DNA from: Thalia democratica
Lineage: Eukaryota
Assembly (NCBI GenBank): GCA_965202585.1
Contig: OZ241833.1
Span: 28,458,001 to 28,522,000, forward strand
DNA: 64,000 nt
Direction: 5' to 3'
In this document: positions 23,925 through 38,009 of the stretch, in pieces
How the letters are laid out: each line of letters begins with the position of its first letter
Position numbering within the stretch: position 1 is the first letter of the stretch
The notes under the pieces: model-generated
What the model was told of the DNA's origin: nothing
Databases searched by the model: none
Seen by the model: only the letters and a program-made list of their open reading frames with translations
Program-made: the position numbers and the translations under genes

Positions 23925-26900
23925 AAATTATTTGTTTTCTTTACTAACAACTGTATAAAAGTGAATGCCATAGTTCATAATTTAAAAGTGTTTTGATTTG
24001 ACGTTTTTTGTCGTACTGGTTCTTAATAAAGTATATAAATTAAGCTGGTAATGTTTGATATGTAAATAAGCTAAAATTCCAAATGAAATTAAAAATATTA
24101 TGAAAGTATTAAATCTGTTTCCAAACTATTTGTAATTTGTTACAAGTAACTTAAAACTACAAGAAATCTTCGAAGTAGTTATAAGGTCTAGTTATGTAAG
24201 TTAGTTTTCTTAAATTTATTTGTAATTTATTATCAATTTTCAACCCCATGTGCTCAATTGAAAATTTTTTAAGTTTTAGTAAGGTTCAATAATCAAATAA
24301 AAACATTTTAAGCTAAAAGCCTAATCAAAATTTTGTATTTTTTCTTTAAATGGTATAGATTTCCTGATCAAGTATTTTTCACATATTGTATAGTAAAAAA
24401 ACATAAGCCTTTTACTGGCACTTGAGAATGTTAAAAGCTTAATAAAATTATGTTTGAATAATATAAGGAATACGCTTCTAATGTATTCAATTTTCCCCTA
24501 GTACTTATGTAACATTATATAAAATTAATGTTCTACAACATCTAAATTGTTAACTCTAATTGAATTGATTGCATTTTAACTGAAAAGTTTGCTAATTTCT
24601 TGTTTAAGTGCACCTGTTCTGTTATCAGAAAATATATTGCAAACTTCTAAAAAAATTATAGACGTAGTTTTGGTGGAATTTTATCACAAATAGTTTAGCC
24701 CTCAACAACTTGATACGGCTTTCACACAGCTCATTCGTAATGTTCCGCTCAATCATGTTTAGTCCTAAATTTTCTTACAAGCTCAAAACTTATTTACTAT
24801 CACTTTGTTATCTGTACGATAGAATACCACTTGAGGGTTTTAAAAGCCTTCAGCAAAAATATTTTTATAAGCTATGAATTGAGAGTTTTTATTAAGGTCA
24901 TAACTATTGTTGATAAATATTAAGAATTTAAAACTTATTCTGTATAAACTACAAAACATAATTGTAAACTAATGTTTAAACAAACAGTTCTTGTAGAAAA
25001 TAACTAGCATTGTTTTCTATTAATATGTATATATATTTATTTATGTTTTTATTAATTATAAAATAAAAAGTTATTTTAAACAATGGTTTAATCAATTAAA
25101 ATTAAATTATATTTTATTAAAACTATTTACTCAATATATATTCAATAATAAAATTAAGAATTTTTAAAGTTTTTATTACCTAACAAGTGTTTTAAATTAA
25201 TCTTCTGTTTTAAAAAAAAATAACATATGCTTTTTCATTTAATTGTTAGAGAATAAAATTAATAAAAAAATAATTTTGTTTTTGGAGTTCAAATGTCCAT
25301 TGACTTCTTGAAATATTGATTTTCAAATTAAATTAGTTTACAAAATACTGAAACTTAAAGAAATGCGCAAATAGATTTGTATTTACAAGCAATTGCTGAT
25401 ACTTGTTTATAGTTAGATGCAGTTTAACTGTGACAACAGGTTTCACAACGCAGTTTAAGTATAAAAAGTTAAAGATGGTTTCTAGTTCAAAATATGAAGC
25501 AAAAGCTTGTTCTGCTAGAACGCAGTTACTGTTAGTTTAGTAAAAGATTTAAAAGTTTTTTTTAAGTCGCGAGTCGAGACCAACACTCAATAGAAAAAAA
25601 ACTTCCACGGGCGCAGTTGTTTTAAAATTATTGTAGTAAATAACATAGAAAGACTGTTTTAAATAAAAAATGTGATAAAACAGGCAATAAAATAGTAATA
25701 GTAAAGGGTAATAAATAAGTTAAGAACCTAACTGAAAGTTTTTTCACAAAATCATTTTGACAAGTTAAATAAAAAAACTTCACCTATCTTTTTGTTTTTG
25801 TAGATAGTTTTGTTTTGTTTTAGCTGAAAAGTTTAGACACTGAGGGCTGCATTTGGCATGCTTGCCGCAGTTTGCCCATCTGTGACTAATTAATCTTTAT
25901 TAACCATGCTGGTTTTAAAAGACTTATCATGCATTTTTCACGTTTTAAATCTAGTTAAAAAAGTTTTCCGTCGTGATAAATAAACATTTCATAAGCCTTT
26001 AATTAGAAAAAATAATTAGCAATAAAACTTTGTTTTTAGTTCAAATAAAAAGCTTTTAAGACTGCTAGCATAAGTGTGTAAGTACATCAGCTTTTTATCA
26101 AGGATATTCATGCGTTATCATTAATTCGTGCATACAAACACTATTTTTCAAAGATTTATTTAGTTAGTGTTCAAAAAATATTTTTTGTAATTTTATAATA
26201 AAATAAAAGTGATTTAAGTATTTCAATATTGTATGCCGAGTAACATCACCTTAAATTATAAACCTTGAGAACTTTTAAACTTTTTATAAACTTTATTTTA
26301 CATCAATGCAGTTCCTGTGCAAACTGTTGATTTTTCGCGTACATTTTAATAAATAACCACTATTAGAGTATAACAAAATGTATATTTTATTATTTTTTAA
26401 ATGACCGCAAGGGGGCGTTAGACGATTATTTATCTAATCACATAATAAAACTCTAACAATGTTTGTTTTTACGCTCAGTTTAGCCATAAGACCGTGCGAA
26501 AGGCACACCAAATCTAAGACTTTAGGACATTAACTAGATTCAAGAACTTTTTTATGATTTTCATTTTATAATATCTTTATATGTATTATTGTATTGTGCT
26601 CAATTTAGCCATCGTTGTGCATGAAGCACGACGTATATTAAGACTTTATATTATTAGTAAGACCTAATTTTGTATTTAAGATTGTGACATTCAGACACTT
26701 TAAGAACATCATTAAGAACATATTTATTTGTAGAACTTTGTGTTTACTTGTTGTGTTTATTTTCGCACTTTTATACTACTGATATATTAGCTGCTTTATC
26801 ACTTCTACTTTCGATTTGTCACATTAACATCACTTTTTCAATAAACTCACTTCATTAAAGAAAATATATATATTAAGTTTGTTACATAATTATTAATTAG

Positions 26901-28272
26901 TAAGTTAAACCTAATGAGTAAGGAAATGTAGTAAAAGCTTTAAGAACTAAACGTTAAAAGCGTTTAGCACAAAAAAGAGGACTTCTCCAATTAAAGGTAG
27001 TTCCTACTCCAGGCCTAGGACTACAAAATAACAATCGTGTTTTAGTCTTTCTTATTCGGAACATTACCATTTGTCATTGTCAAGTATTCGTTTTAACTAG
27101 TTAAACAAAACTTTGCATGATTACATAACTATAAAGCCGAACCTAAATCTATTATAAAATTCTAAAGATATTTAAGAAATGTTAGGTTGATCAGTAATTC
27201 CACCAAAATGTAACGACGTCTTAGTTTTTAATTCAACAAAAAAAAAATATCTCCTAGTAATTTATTTTCACTATAACACTTTCTATTAACCTTATCATCT
27301 GAACTAAGATCTTTTATATTAGAAAGTTACCTTAGCTGCCGATAACCGAAATGTTCTTCGTGCACCAGGTTCTAAGACTAAATATTTTAGCGTTCTTTTG
27401 TTGTTTAATAAACTATAACTTACATAATGGTAATCTAAACAAACAAGCAGCGCTAATTCGTTTATAGTAAAAAAAATATCAGATCATCAACAATATCGTA
27501 GTAAAGAAGAGCCAAGATTTTTTAAGAACTTCCAGTAGAACAAAAACAGCAGTGTATATCATTTGATTAATACAAAAGAAATCTCTCGCAAAAAACAATT
27601 TTAAAGTATGAAATTAATACTATGAACAACTACACTAGTATTCAGTACTTACTTTTTAGTTATTTCACAAGTTTTTTTCAAGTTTCATACACAAGATAAA
27701 CTATTAATTTACTACAGACAAAAATAAATGAAAGAACATAGAATTGTTATTAATTATTTAGTTATTGAACATAAAACTGCGAGATTAGTCTGTCGACTTA
27801 TGCTTCACGATCCTAGTTGGCCCACAGACCGCAGTTTGTCAACCCCTGATGTAATATATAGATAAAAAATTTTATCAAATTGTTTTATAAGAAAACCATA
27901 TGTAATCGCTTTTTTATTACATATAGTCCTTTTTTTCAGGGGTAACACGAAAAAACAGGAAACTAGTAAAAACACACCACTGATTTACTATTAATTAGTT
28001 TTAAATTGTACTCGCACCTTTGAAAATAAACCATAGTAAATTTATAAAATCGTTATTTTTAACTATTGAAAACTTTTTTAGAACAAAAAGTTTTTGGTCT
28101 TTATTTTTTTTAACGATTAACGTATAAAAATATTTAAACAAATACACTTTTTAAAGTTTATTAAGATTATGTGAAACCAGTTTATGTAAACATCTACTTT
28201 GTATAAATATAAACAAATATATGTTACTTATGTCAAAGCAACCATCAAAAAAAAAATCGTGAGATAAATATT

Positions 28273-29754
28273 TCAAAACACAGGAATTTTGACAAAGGAG
28301 AAGTTGTCGAGATGCCCTACATGATCGCACGAGTCCACCCGCCACTCGTCTTCCACCACATCGTAACACTCGAGAGAGCACAAGATGTTTTTCAGCATCA
28401 TCACTTCGGTTCCGATGCAAGTGGCGACGATCGAGGAGAAGGGCAGAGCTTCGGGCGCGTTGAGGAGGGCGAACTTGTTCGAGGCGCTGAACCTCGTACG
28501 TGAACCAGAGAGGACTGATGACGATCAGCTTGCTTCTCGCAGCCACCATGCTGTGCCGGAATTTATACTCCACCATGGTTGCCATCGGCGACCACTGGTC
28601 GGCGCCTACGTCGTAGGACTCCACGGAGTCCAAAATTTTTAAGGCGCCGTCCTGTCCGCCGGAAACCACCACGCGGCCCTCGAAGACGGCGCAGGCCGCG
28701 TTGTATCGCCTAAGCTCAGTGCCGGTTATTTCCCTCCAAGTTTTAGTTTTAGTGTCGAACTCTAAACACTTTTCGGCGACTCTTTGATATTTGTGGCGGC
28801 CGCCCAAAACAAGTATCTTGTCCATGAACGAGCACGCGCAGAAAAACACGCGGTCGTCGGGCATGTCGGTCGCTTCAGCCCAAAACCCGCCCGAGTAAAC
28901 TTCCATGGTCTTTTTCCCGCGGTCGCCGCCGAAAACAAAAACGTCGCCCTTCACAAAAACGGCTTGGGAAAACTTTCGCCTCTTCGTCATCGACGGCAGC
29001 CTTCTCACCTCCCTCAAACTTTCCCCTCCGAGCTCCGCCACGCTTTTGAGCGTTCGGTTCGATCTCAGCTTCCGGCCTCCGCACACCAGCACCTTGAAGT
29101 CTTTTTGCTCGCAGTACCGGTGCGCGCGACTCGGGCGGGCTCCAACGAAGTTCTCCTCGCCGTCCGCAGCTCGTTTCAGCATCGCGAGGCACTCGCCGGC
29201 TTCGCAACAAAAATTCGAGCTGCGCAGGAGCCGCTTCAAGGCGTGGCGGGAAAGAAGCCGGAGACGGACTTTCAGCAAAAGCGTCTTCGCGTGCCTCGCC
29301 CGTTCTTTTTTGCGGTGAAGCGACCAGGCGTTGGCGGCGTTGAACACCTCCAGCTCGGAAGTCACGTTCAAGTCGGAGCTGTGGAGTATTTCGGTCACGC
29401 GCTCGATTTCAAGCTCCAAGAAGTTGGGGGTCTCGCACACCATGGCGAAACAGCGGCTTATGTAGTTGAACGCCGCGTTTGAAAGGCGGGGAAGGTTGAA
29501 AACTTTGGAAAACTGGTAGTAAGTTGTCGCGTTTTGAACGCAGAGTGTTGCTTGTAAACGAACGGACGTTTTGCATTCTGCGTTTAGAATCAGCTTGTGT
29601 TTTTTTGTTGTGGAAATGCAATCATCAACACTTTTCTTGTTCTTTTTACCTAGAACAAAATTATTATTTTTAAGTAAAATAGTAAAACAAGGGTTATCAG
29701 TAGTTTTTTGAAATACTTCTATGTAGTTTTTGAAATCAATGTTTGGCAAAACAC
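28273..29754 (-). CDS. BACK + kelch-repeat protein, one large GC-rich exon; frameshifted near 28492 and start exon not found (possible pseudogene)
   Basis: BACK-like FLELEIERVTEILHSSDLNVTSELEVFNAANAW...LLLKVRL, and kelch repeats VLVCGG, VFVFGG, ILVLGG, VVVSGG, VESYDVGADQWSPM. After YEV a shifted frame continues kelch-like (ASNKFALL...CYDVVEDEWRVD...FSFVKIPVF) to TGA at 28273-28275. A phase-1 acceptor TTCTTCAG sits at 29755-29756. Confidence 0.8.
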
Positions 29755-32449
29755 CTGAAGAATTTTGAGTTTTTTTACTGATAAAAATAAATAACTGGTT
29801 GCATCTAAACCTTAATACTGTCTGAGGTACTTAAAACTTGTACAACAGTTTCATTAAAGTAATAAAATAACAAGTTTTAACCTACTCAACTATTTATGTT
29901 TAAAAATAATAACTGGTTTGTAGAATACTGTCAATTAAAAATTAATGTATTATTGAGACCAATTTAAAGTAAGTACATTTTGAAAAAATTACTTTACTAA
30001 GAGTAAGTAAAGTGTCTTGGTTTCGATATGTTAAGAAAAATTAATTTTTTGTTTTTAATTAAGTAAAATTAGTTTTAAAGAACTTATCTGAAAAAGACTA
30101 CTTAAGAACTTGTTTGTTTTTAAACATGACTTGTTTTAATTAAAGTATAAATAAAAACATTGCGAATTAAAGTTCCAGTCATATAAACCTTACACTAATA
30201 AAAAAATTGTTAAATCAACCGACTTTGAAAAGTAATAAGATTTAGATAAACTAAATAATTATTTTAATAAATTTATTTATAGTTTATCAAGTGCTTACAT
30301 ACAAAACTTATCGTATGAATTGCTTGTATTCTTAGACCTAACTACTTATTGAAATCGATAACCTAATTAAGTTTAGGTATTAACTATTAAGTTTGGAGTT
30401 GATTGCCGAGTTTTTCAGTTTTTGTATAATCTATCAGTAACAAGTTAGTTAGCACTAGAATACGTAATTTTATCAATTTTGTATTTATTATATATGCTTA
30501 GTTTTTACGTTTAAAGTAAGTAGGAAATAAAATTAAATTAGTAAAGAATTTTTACTTATAGTTAGAGTTTTTATAAAAATGTAGTTTAAAAGTGTCAACT
30601 TTTTTACATTAATTTTCTTTAAACTGACAATTTTTTAAAAATAGTACACTGTTTCTATTAACCAAATTAATGCAGTGTATTTGCATAAAAAATATTTTAG
30701 CGTCTAATATCAAAATTAATACTTCTAATACTCTGGTTTCTAAAAAAACTATTCTTTAGCCAACAATTGTGCAGGTCTGCACTGTAGACTCATTAACTTC
30801 TACATTCTACAAATATCGCAATGAAAACACTGACCGAGGTTAAACATGAAATGTATAAAGTATGATTGGTGAAACTCTATAACCGGTGCGCAACGTTATT
30901 TTCTTTGCATTGAACGTACTAACTTAAAGTTATACCACGAAGATTTTATTTTGTAGTACAAAAACTTAAAACTTTAAATGAAGTGACTTACAAATAGCTT
31001 TACTAAAACTTAGCCTACAAGTTTTAAAGTCTTTTATAAAGGTTTATATTGAAACCAAATCAACTTATTTGCTTTTTCATAGAGTGTAAAACTTAATTAA
31101 AATCTTTCAACTGTTTAGTTTTTGATGATAAAAATATTATTTATCTTAATAAAAACTCGAAACAATTAAACGTTGTCAAAAGAAAGTTATCTCGGTAAAA
31201 TTCTCAAAAAAAAAAAACAGAATTTAAGAGCTTGAAACTTAAATAAAGACTTTTAAGACTACTAATTAAATTTAAATCAAAGAAATGTTTAGAATACATT
31301 AAAAAAATTGTCTGCCTTTTACTTCTATTGTTTGTCAAACACTATCAGAACTTTAAACGTATTAATCAAACTAAACAAAATGTCTATGCCACTTTGAATA
31401 ACAGAAGCAAAATTTTCAAATTCAACTTCGATTGTTTGCCAAACATTTACAATATTTTAATCTTATAAACCAAACTTAACAAAATGTGTATGCGACTTTG
31501 AATAAAATCTCAAAGGGATACCATTTGAAACTAAACATTTAAAACAGCTTTACTTGTTTCGGGAAAGAGGGCCTTTACTCCACTGCTTTTAGAAACTCTT
31601 TCCTTGCACACGTCCACAAAGTTTCTAAATACTGAACTTGTCTGACTTAAGCTGCAAATGCATTTTTGTAAATTATGTGTTTTGTTTTCCTCTGAGCCGC
31701 AATTCTTTCCATGCTTTTTTATTGACACCTGTTGATGACGCTTTAGCGGTGAAGTGTCCATTATTATTTCAATTTAGGCTGTAAAATAATGTATTATATT
31801 TTTGTTGAGTTTTTTTAAACCAGTATACAACATATTTTGCTCAGATCACTTTGATATGTGACCACTTGATGTATACTAAAATGATGGTTACTTCTGGTCA
31901 TAACTAATTACTAAACTTTTTAATTTCTATTTGATAAAAGCTATATGCTTCTTTATATTAGTTAGATACCAAAGTTGAGCAAATAAAAAAAAAGAAGCAA
32001 AATTAATATTATAAAAACTAAATTTAAAAAGTTTAAATTACTTCTAAATATAATTTACATAAAAACTAAAACTTAAAAATAAATCAAACTCAGGTGGAAA
32101 ATACATTAAAAACTTTACAATTTAAGAACTATAAAATAAAATTTTGAATTTATTTTTTTTATATATTTTTCAACTAAAAACTTATCAGTTTACATAAATA
32201 ACATTTAACTTGGTGTTGAAAATTATAACTTATAAAATAGTTTCCTGTTTACTTTAGCTGGTTCTTTTAACAACTGCTTCTCAACTGAGACACCCATTAT
32301 TTATATTGGCGTGGTTGTAAATTCAAATGTTGCGTCAGGTAATTTACAGTTGCGTCAGAAATTAATGTTCTGGTTGAATGATTTTGCTCGTAACTTTCTC
32401 TATAACTTACAGAATTGTATCAGATATACAGTTTTCATGATACTCGAAC

Positions 32450-32800
32450 AAATGTAACAGCATGTAAAAGATGCCATAATATTTACAAATCGTCAGATAA
32501 AAGGTATCTTAATTTTTAGAAGATTTTTATATCTGGTGTTTTTGATTTTTATATGGCCAAAGAACTAAAAACTTTATTGAGCAGCAGCTCTAGTACCTGG
32601 TACCTGCAAGCTAGCCAAAATGTTGGCTTACAAAGACTTATTGGGAATGTCATACAAGCACCTTTGTATTTCTTTGTTTTAGAGTTAGTAATGCCAAAAA
32701 CCATACCATTAATGCTGTTTACACAGTTCCATTCTTTAAGAAGACCCATCACTTTATTACAAACTGTTTTGGCTTAAATATTTTCTAAGTTCTTTTTTAA
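32450..32800 (-). mobile_element. Degenerate DNA-transposon transposase fragment (hAT-like, hATm-type motif)
   Basis: LLKEWNC..INGMVFGITNSKTKKYKGAC...FWLACRYQVLELLL resembles, from memory, the GMVFDTTASNTG..GAC..WLACRHH.LEL block. The catalytic Asp is lost and stops follow. Confidence 0.55.
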
Positions 32801-34263
32801 TGAAGAAACTCCTAGAAGTTATGTTGTTTTCTTAAGACAGAAACATATAAGAGGTTGCCACCCTTTGATTAAAAAAAACCCTAAATGACCTTTTAAACTG
32901 TCTTACGTAATTATGAATTTTTTTAAACACCAAAAACAATTAAACTAAATTTTCAAAATCTAAACTTTTAATAAAACTCGGGTCATCCTGAGTTTAAAAA
33001 AAAATTAAACGAGCCTGATTTATCCTGTAATTTAAACTGTCTTGAGTTATCCAGAGTATACCTGTGTGTGGAAACCCTGTACTGTAGTATTACATGAACT
33101 AACTAGCTTAGAATAAACTAACTTGTTTTAGTGAAGCCATTTTTGTTAGTATATTTTCGTAGGTCCTTTTTCAAGAAACCATTACTACCCCTACTCTCTC
33201 ATATTTTAATTGGTCAAATTTGAGCCATTTTGTTCAACTCGACATTCAACCAAAAAAATGCAACTGCGCTGCACACAAGGAGGTTACAAGTATTTACTTT
33301 ACAAAAAAACAAATTTTGAGTGTCTTCCTGGTGAAAATAAATATTTAATGTAGTAGTCTTTTTTTGCTCTTTTGGTTTGCTTCTACTATAAGAAACCAAT
33401 GAAATTACAAACTTTGGTTTTTCATATTTTAAAAACAAGCTTATTTTAAATAACTGTAAAAAGAAACTTATAGCTTGGTTAAAGTTCTACAAAATAAGGC
33501 TAACTTACAAATAAAAAGACCCCTCTCGTTTATCTTTTAAAACTGCGATGTAGAGCGTAACTTTAAAAAGTGTTCTGCTCTAACAGGGTTATAGCTAGGA
33601 AGCTATTATTTTTGTGTTGTCTACTTATAATATTTGCCACATACAAAAAAAAATAAGCTAAGCAAAATTCAAAGGTCGGGGCAACAGATGCACGCACACT
33701 GTGTAGACTACTGATCTAAAGTAAGTTTTGAGTAATTTCCGGTATATCTAGTGTAATTTTTAAAACTCCCCTCAAATATAAATAAAATAATTTTCTTTTT
33801 TGCTCTTTATCAGAAACTCCGGAGTCCTTTGACCACTGGTGGGATCAAGCTCGAGTTTTGGAGCCAAAAATAGCCTGTTTTGAATATATTTACTTTCATT
33901 CATAATTCTGATGTAGCATAAAAACACTTATTTAAGTTTATATAAATACTTTAAACTTTTTAATAAAAGTGTGTAAACCTAAACTGACATAAACAATTAA
34001 AAACTTGTTCTTTTTTAATATTTAATATACTGTTTTAATAATAAATATCCATTTTAGTTAAATTAAAGGTTTGAGGCAGCTTAATCATCAAGACTACTAC
34101 AAAAGTATTTTATTTAAATTCTTCTATAAGAACTTTCAAGAAGCTTCAAAAAACTTGTAAAAACAGATTGTATACAGTAAACAACATCTATACTCTCAGT
34201 TTAAAAATAAATATGTATACAAAATTATCGATTTAAATTTTTCTATTCAATGTTACTTTCAAC

Positions 34264-35818
34264 TAGTGATGTACCGGACCCGGATCCAAGTAGTTTTTTC
34301 AAATTAGAATCCGGCCGGATCCGGAATCGGATTCTTAATATTGTAAGTTATTTGTAATGTAAATAGTATAAAAACTACTATGTAAAATAATGCAATTTTA
34401 TATAACTAACTACTAACTAAGTATAATTGTGTGAATTTTATCTTTTATGAGTTATATCTAACTATATCCTTTTGCATTTTGAAAAATTATAGCTTAAAAA
34501 AAATTAAAATAGTTTAAAACAGTAAACTGTAAACATTTGAATAAGATTTTTTAAAACTGTAGGAGGAGATTGATTTTTAATGAAATAGTTTTTTTTCGCC
34601 TTTTTAGTTTGCGCCTTCTATAAGGAACCTATTGAGCTGGCCGGCTTTAACCCCTTGTATCTCGAAAATTACTTTGAATTTTGTTAAGCTATAAAAAGTA
34701 TTTGGTAGCTAAGATTAAAGTTTATTACACAAGATCAACTTGTAAAAATCAAGGAGGACCCCCCTATAGCATTACCAATCTAAAATCAATTAAAACCAAG
34801 TTCTTGAACAAAATTAACTATAAAATAAAAAAAAAAATTGAAAACTGGATCAGCTCAAACTCATTCAAAATCTAAAAGAAATTAGCCTGAGTTTTTCAAA
34901 AAATTTTAAAACTAGCCTGAGTTATTATAAAAAAATCAAACTAGCCTGAGATTTTCAAAAAATCCAAAAATTTTCAAACTAGCAGGGTTGCCACTGTTTA
35001 AGTCAAAAGTACTAGCTAGAGTCAGGGTTCCCACCAAAATTTCAAAAAATAAATCTAGGGAAAATAAAACAAAAATCTAGGGAAAAATTATCAAAAAAAT
35101 GTGTCTAAAATAAAAGAAATCTGTAGTATTTCCTTAATTTTATTCTAGTTTTTGAACTTTGCTTTTTTTAACTTGAAACTCTAAAATATAAATTTACTTT
35201 ATCAAAAAAATTATGTTACATTATACATATATCATAGAAATTGGTCCAGCTCTAAAAAAAGTAAAATCTAGAGAAATCTAGGGAAATCCATAAATTTTCA
35301 ATTTTATTTAGGAAATTTAGGGTTGTTTTTTTTGAAAAATTGCAAAAATCTAGAGGTATCTAATGAAATCTAGGGATATGGGAACCCTGTAAAGTGAGTA
35401 TAAACTAGTCTGAGTCAGAATGAGGTTTTTAAAAACTTAAAAAATTACTTTAATCTAATAATCGGTAGAACAGCTAGCCATAAGGTTGACAATTTGGTAG
35501 TAAAGTTTTAATTTTACAACATAGGTAAAGAATTGCATTTCTGAAATGTTTATTTCATAGTTTAAATGTAAACAAATGTAAATTAGTCACGTGTACAAAA
35601 TGAGCCAATCACGGTAGGTGTTTAATTTTAACTGACGAAAATGACTCTTTTTTAATTTACACAGGGTTTGTTTTTGAAAAAATGCTTATCTGTATGCCTT
35701 TTTTTTATACTAGATCCGAATTTTTTTCATATCAAGATCCGGCCGGATCGGGATATCAGACAAAAATGGTAATATCCGGCCGGATCCGGACTCGAATAGT
35801 GAGTCCGGTACATCACTA
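34264..35818. mobile_element. Non-autonomous hAT element (1.55 kb) with nested insertions
   Basis: 16-bp perfect TIR TAGTGATGTACCGGAC, subterminal CCGGATCCGG repeats, and a perfect 8-bp TSD CTTTCAAC at 34256-34263 and 35819-35826. Confidence 0.92.
35023..35389. mobile_element. MITE nested in the hAT element
   Basis: 11-bp TIR CAGGGTTCCCA / TGGGAACCCTG with internal AATCTAGGGAAA repeats; TSD unclear. Confidence 0.7.
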
Positions 35819-38009
35819 CTTTCAACCAAAATAAATATATCATGATTGCTATACATTCTGGTTAATTCAGGCTATATACTTCTTTTAAATAACAGTTCTG
35901 GTTTGAAACCAAAACCTTATTATATCAAAGGTACTGCACACATAATTATAAGGTGACTAGTATACTAAAAAATATTTGGAAAACCTTGAATTATTAATAA
36001 CAGTTACATGTGAAATAATAAACTTAAAATTATAAAAGAATTACTATTATGTACAATAAGATGCTTCTATAGTATTCAGAATTTTATTTATTATTAATAA
36101 AAATAAAAATTAAAATACTTATTTAGTTATGTCTTAATTTTAGTTCCTAATACTAAAAATAGACAAAAAAACTTGTACTTAAAAAGAATATTTTCTATCA
36201 AAATTAACTTTTTAATTTTTAGTTAATCTATCCAGTAATTATGGTTTCAAAATAAAAAGTCCTAGTTGTATACACCTACAGATTAGTGAAAAAATTATAA
36301 GCAGCAACATAAAGTTATAAAATAAGTTTTTAAGTTTTATCTTAAAAAGTACATATACCAGTTTTTATTACTATGTCTCTAATAGGTTTTCTTTAAATAA
36401 GATTAATTTTCAGAACTGAACTTTGACTTATAAAAATAAGTGTATAGTTCAAAAAGTTTAAGACTAAAATACATCAGGTTTTTTTGAATTTAATATTTTC
36501 AAAACTCAGACTAGTTAGATATATTCCTAAATCTCAGACTAAAATCATAATATATTATTGACTTTTTCAAATTTATATATCTTTTTCTAGATATCCTAGA
36601 TAAGACGTTAAAAGGTATCCGTGGTGTGCGACTCGATAACTAAAAGGGTTTTATCGTGCACCAGGTCCTAGGACCAAATATTTTAAGCTTTTTATATTTT
36701 TCGTTCAATAAACTATACTGTCTTTTTTTTATTAATTTATTTTTTAGCTTTTGTTTTTTGCCTAATTTTTTTTTTACTCTCGTGCAAAATTGACCTTTCT
36801 TTCAAATATATTTTTGTGCAATTTAGTCACCTCGTACAATTTTTTCTTTGTGCAATTTTAACCCATTACTGTTTATCTTGTACAATTTTATTTTCAAACT
36901 CAAAAGCATGGCCTATCTAAGCTTGTTAACATTTTTACAGAGTTAAATGATCACCTTACAAACTTAAGTGATGATAAAACAAATTATCTAATATAAAGAC
37001 TCTTAAGACAATAAGACTATATGTGTTATGGTTTAGGTATTTCAGTTAAAAATAAATTTAAGATTATAAAAATGATAAAAAATCTAAGTTGGCCTTATAT
37101 GTATAGCTTATAGTGACTAAAACTAAAACCAAGTAGAAAAACTAAAAGAACTAAAACTGAGGCCTGCGAAAATTATGAAGCTTGAAATTTTGCCTGCGAG
37201 GACCATTAGCCAGCCGACCCCTAAAGTTAGATTTTTGATATAAAGTAAAGTTTAGTTTATATTTTGAAAGAAGTACCTAAAAAATGACGTAGTTTAATGC
37301 GTTTTTTATGGAAAAAATGTATAAACTGTAAATAAGCTTTATAACTACGAAAGTTGCACGATTTGAAAAAAAAAAAAAAAACTAATCACTAAGAATCAGC
37401 CAATTAAATGTCTTTTACAAAAAGTATATTTGAATAACTTTACAACCCCTAGGGTTTCATATTAGCTTTGGAAACTTTTGACTAAATCACATATTGTTCC
37501 TATTTTTACAACATCAGAAAAACCATAATTTTAAAACTTTTTATTTTATCAATTTGTAAAATAACTGTTTACGTCTGCTATACGTTTGTATTCAAAATAT
37601 AATTTATTTTTAAATTAAATTTGATTTTTAGGTAAGTTTTTAATTAAAACCAAGTAATTTATTTGCAAATCATTTAACATTTTATTTTCTAATATAATAC
37701 AAGTTATTTACTAATTTTAATTAGTAATTTGTTTTTAGTTTCTTTTCTATAAAAAATGTTGTTAATTATTTGTTGTTTTTTGTTGAACACAACGTATAGT
37801 TAAATGTTCACATTGTTATTGTAACAGGACTTGGGTTTATTTTTAATTGTTTTTTACTAAAAATCGAAAAAGAACCGGATTATTGATATCTTGAATTTTA
37901 GTTTACTTGAATATTAAAATGTTTAAAATTATAATAATTTTATGTATCTAAGAAATTTTTGACAATTGTGAAAATTTCTTAAGAATAATGTTAAAAGCTA
38001 CTACAAAAT

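Noticed and set aside
28784-29482. 232-aa plus-strand ORF and the other ORFs overlapping the kelch gene
   Set aside because: Antisense or shifted shadows of a GC3-rich coding exon; no recognisable motifs.
31531-31761. 76-aa minus-strand ORF as the possible first exon of the kelch gene
   Set aside because: No suitable phase-1 donor identified; more likely debris from the adjacent transposase relic.
33690-33880. GC-richer patch with a B-box-like GCTTGATCCC on the minus strand
   Set aside because: No cloverleaf or A box; too degenerate to call a tRNA or SINE.
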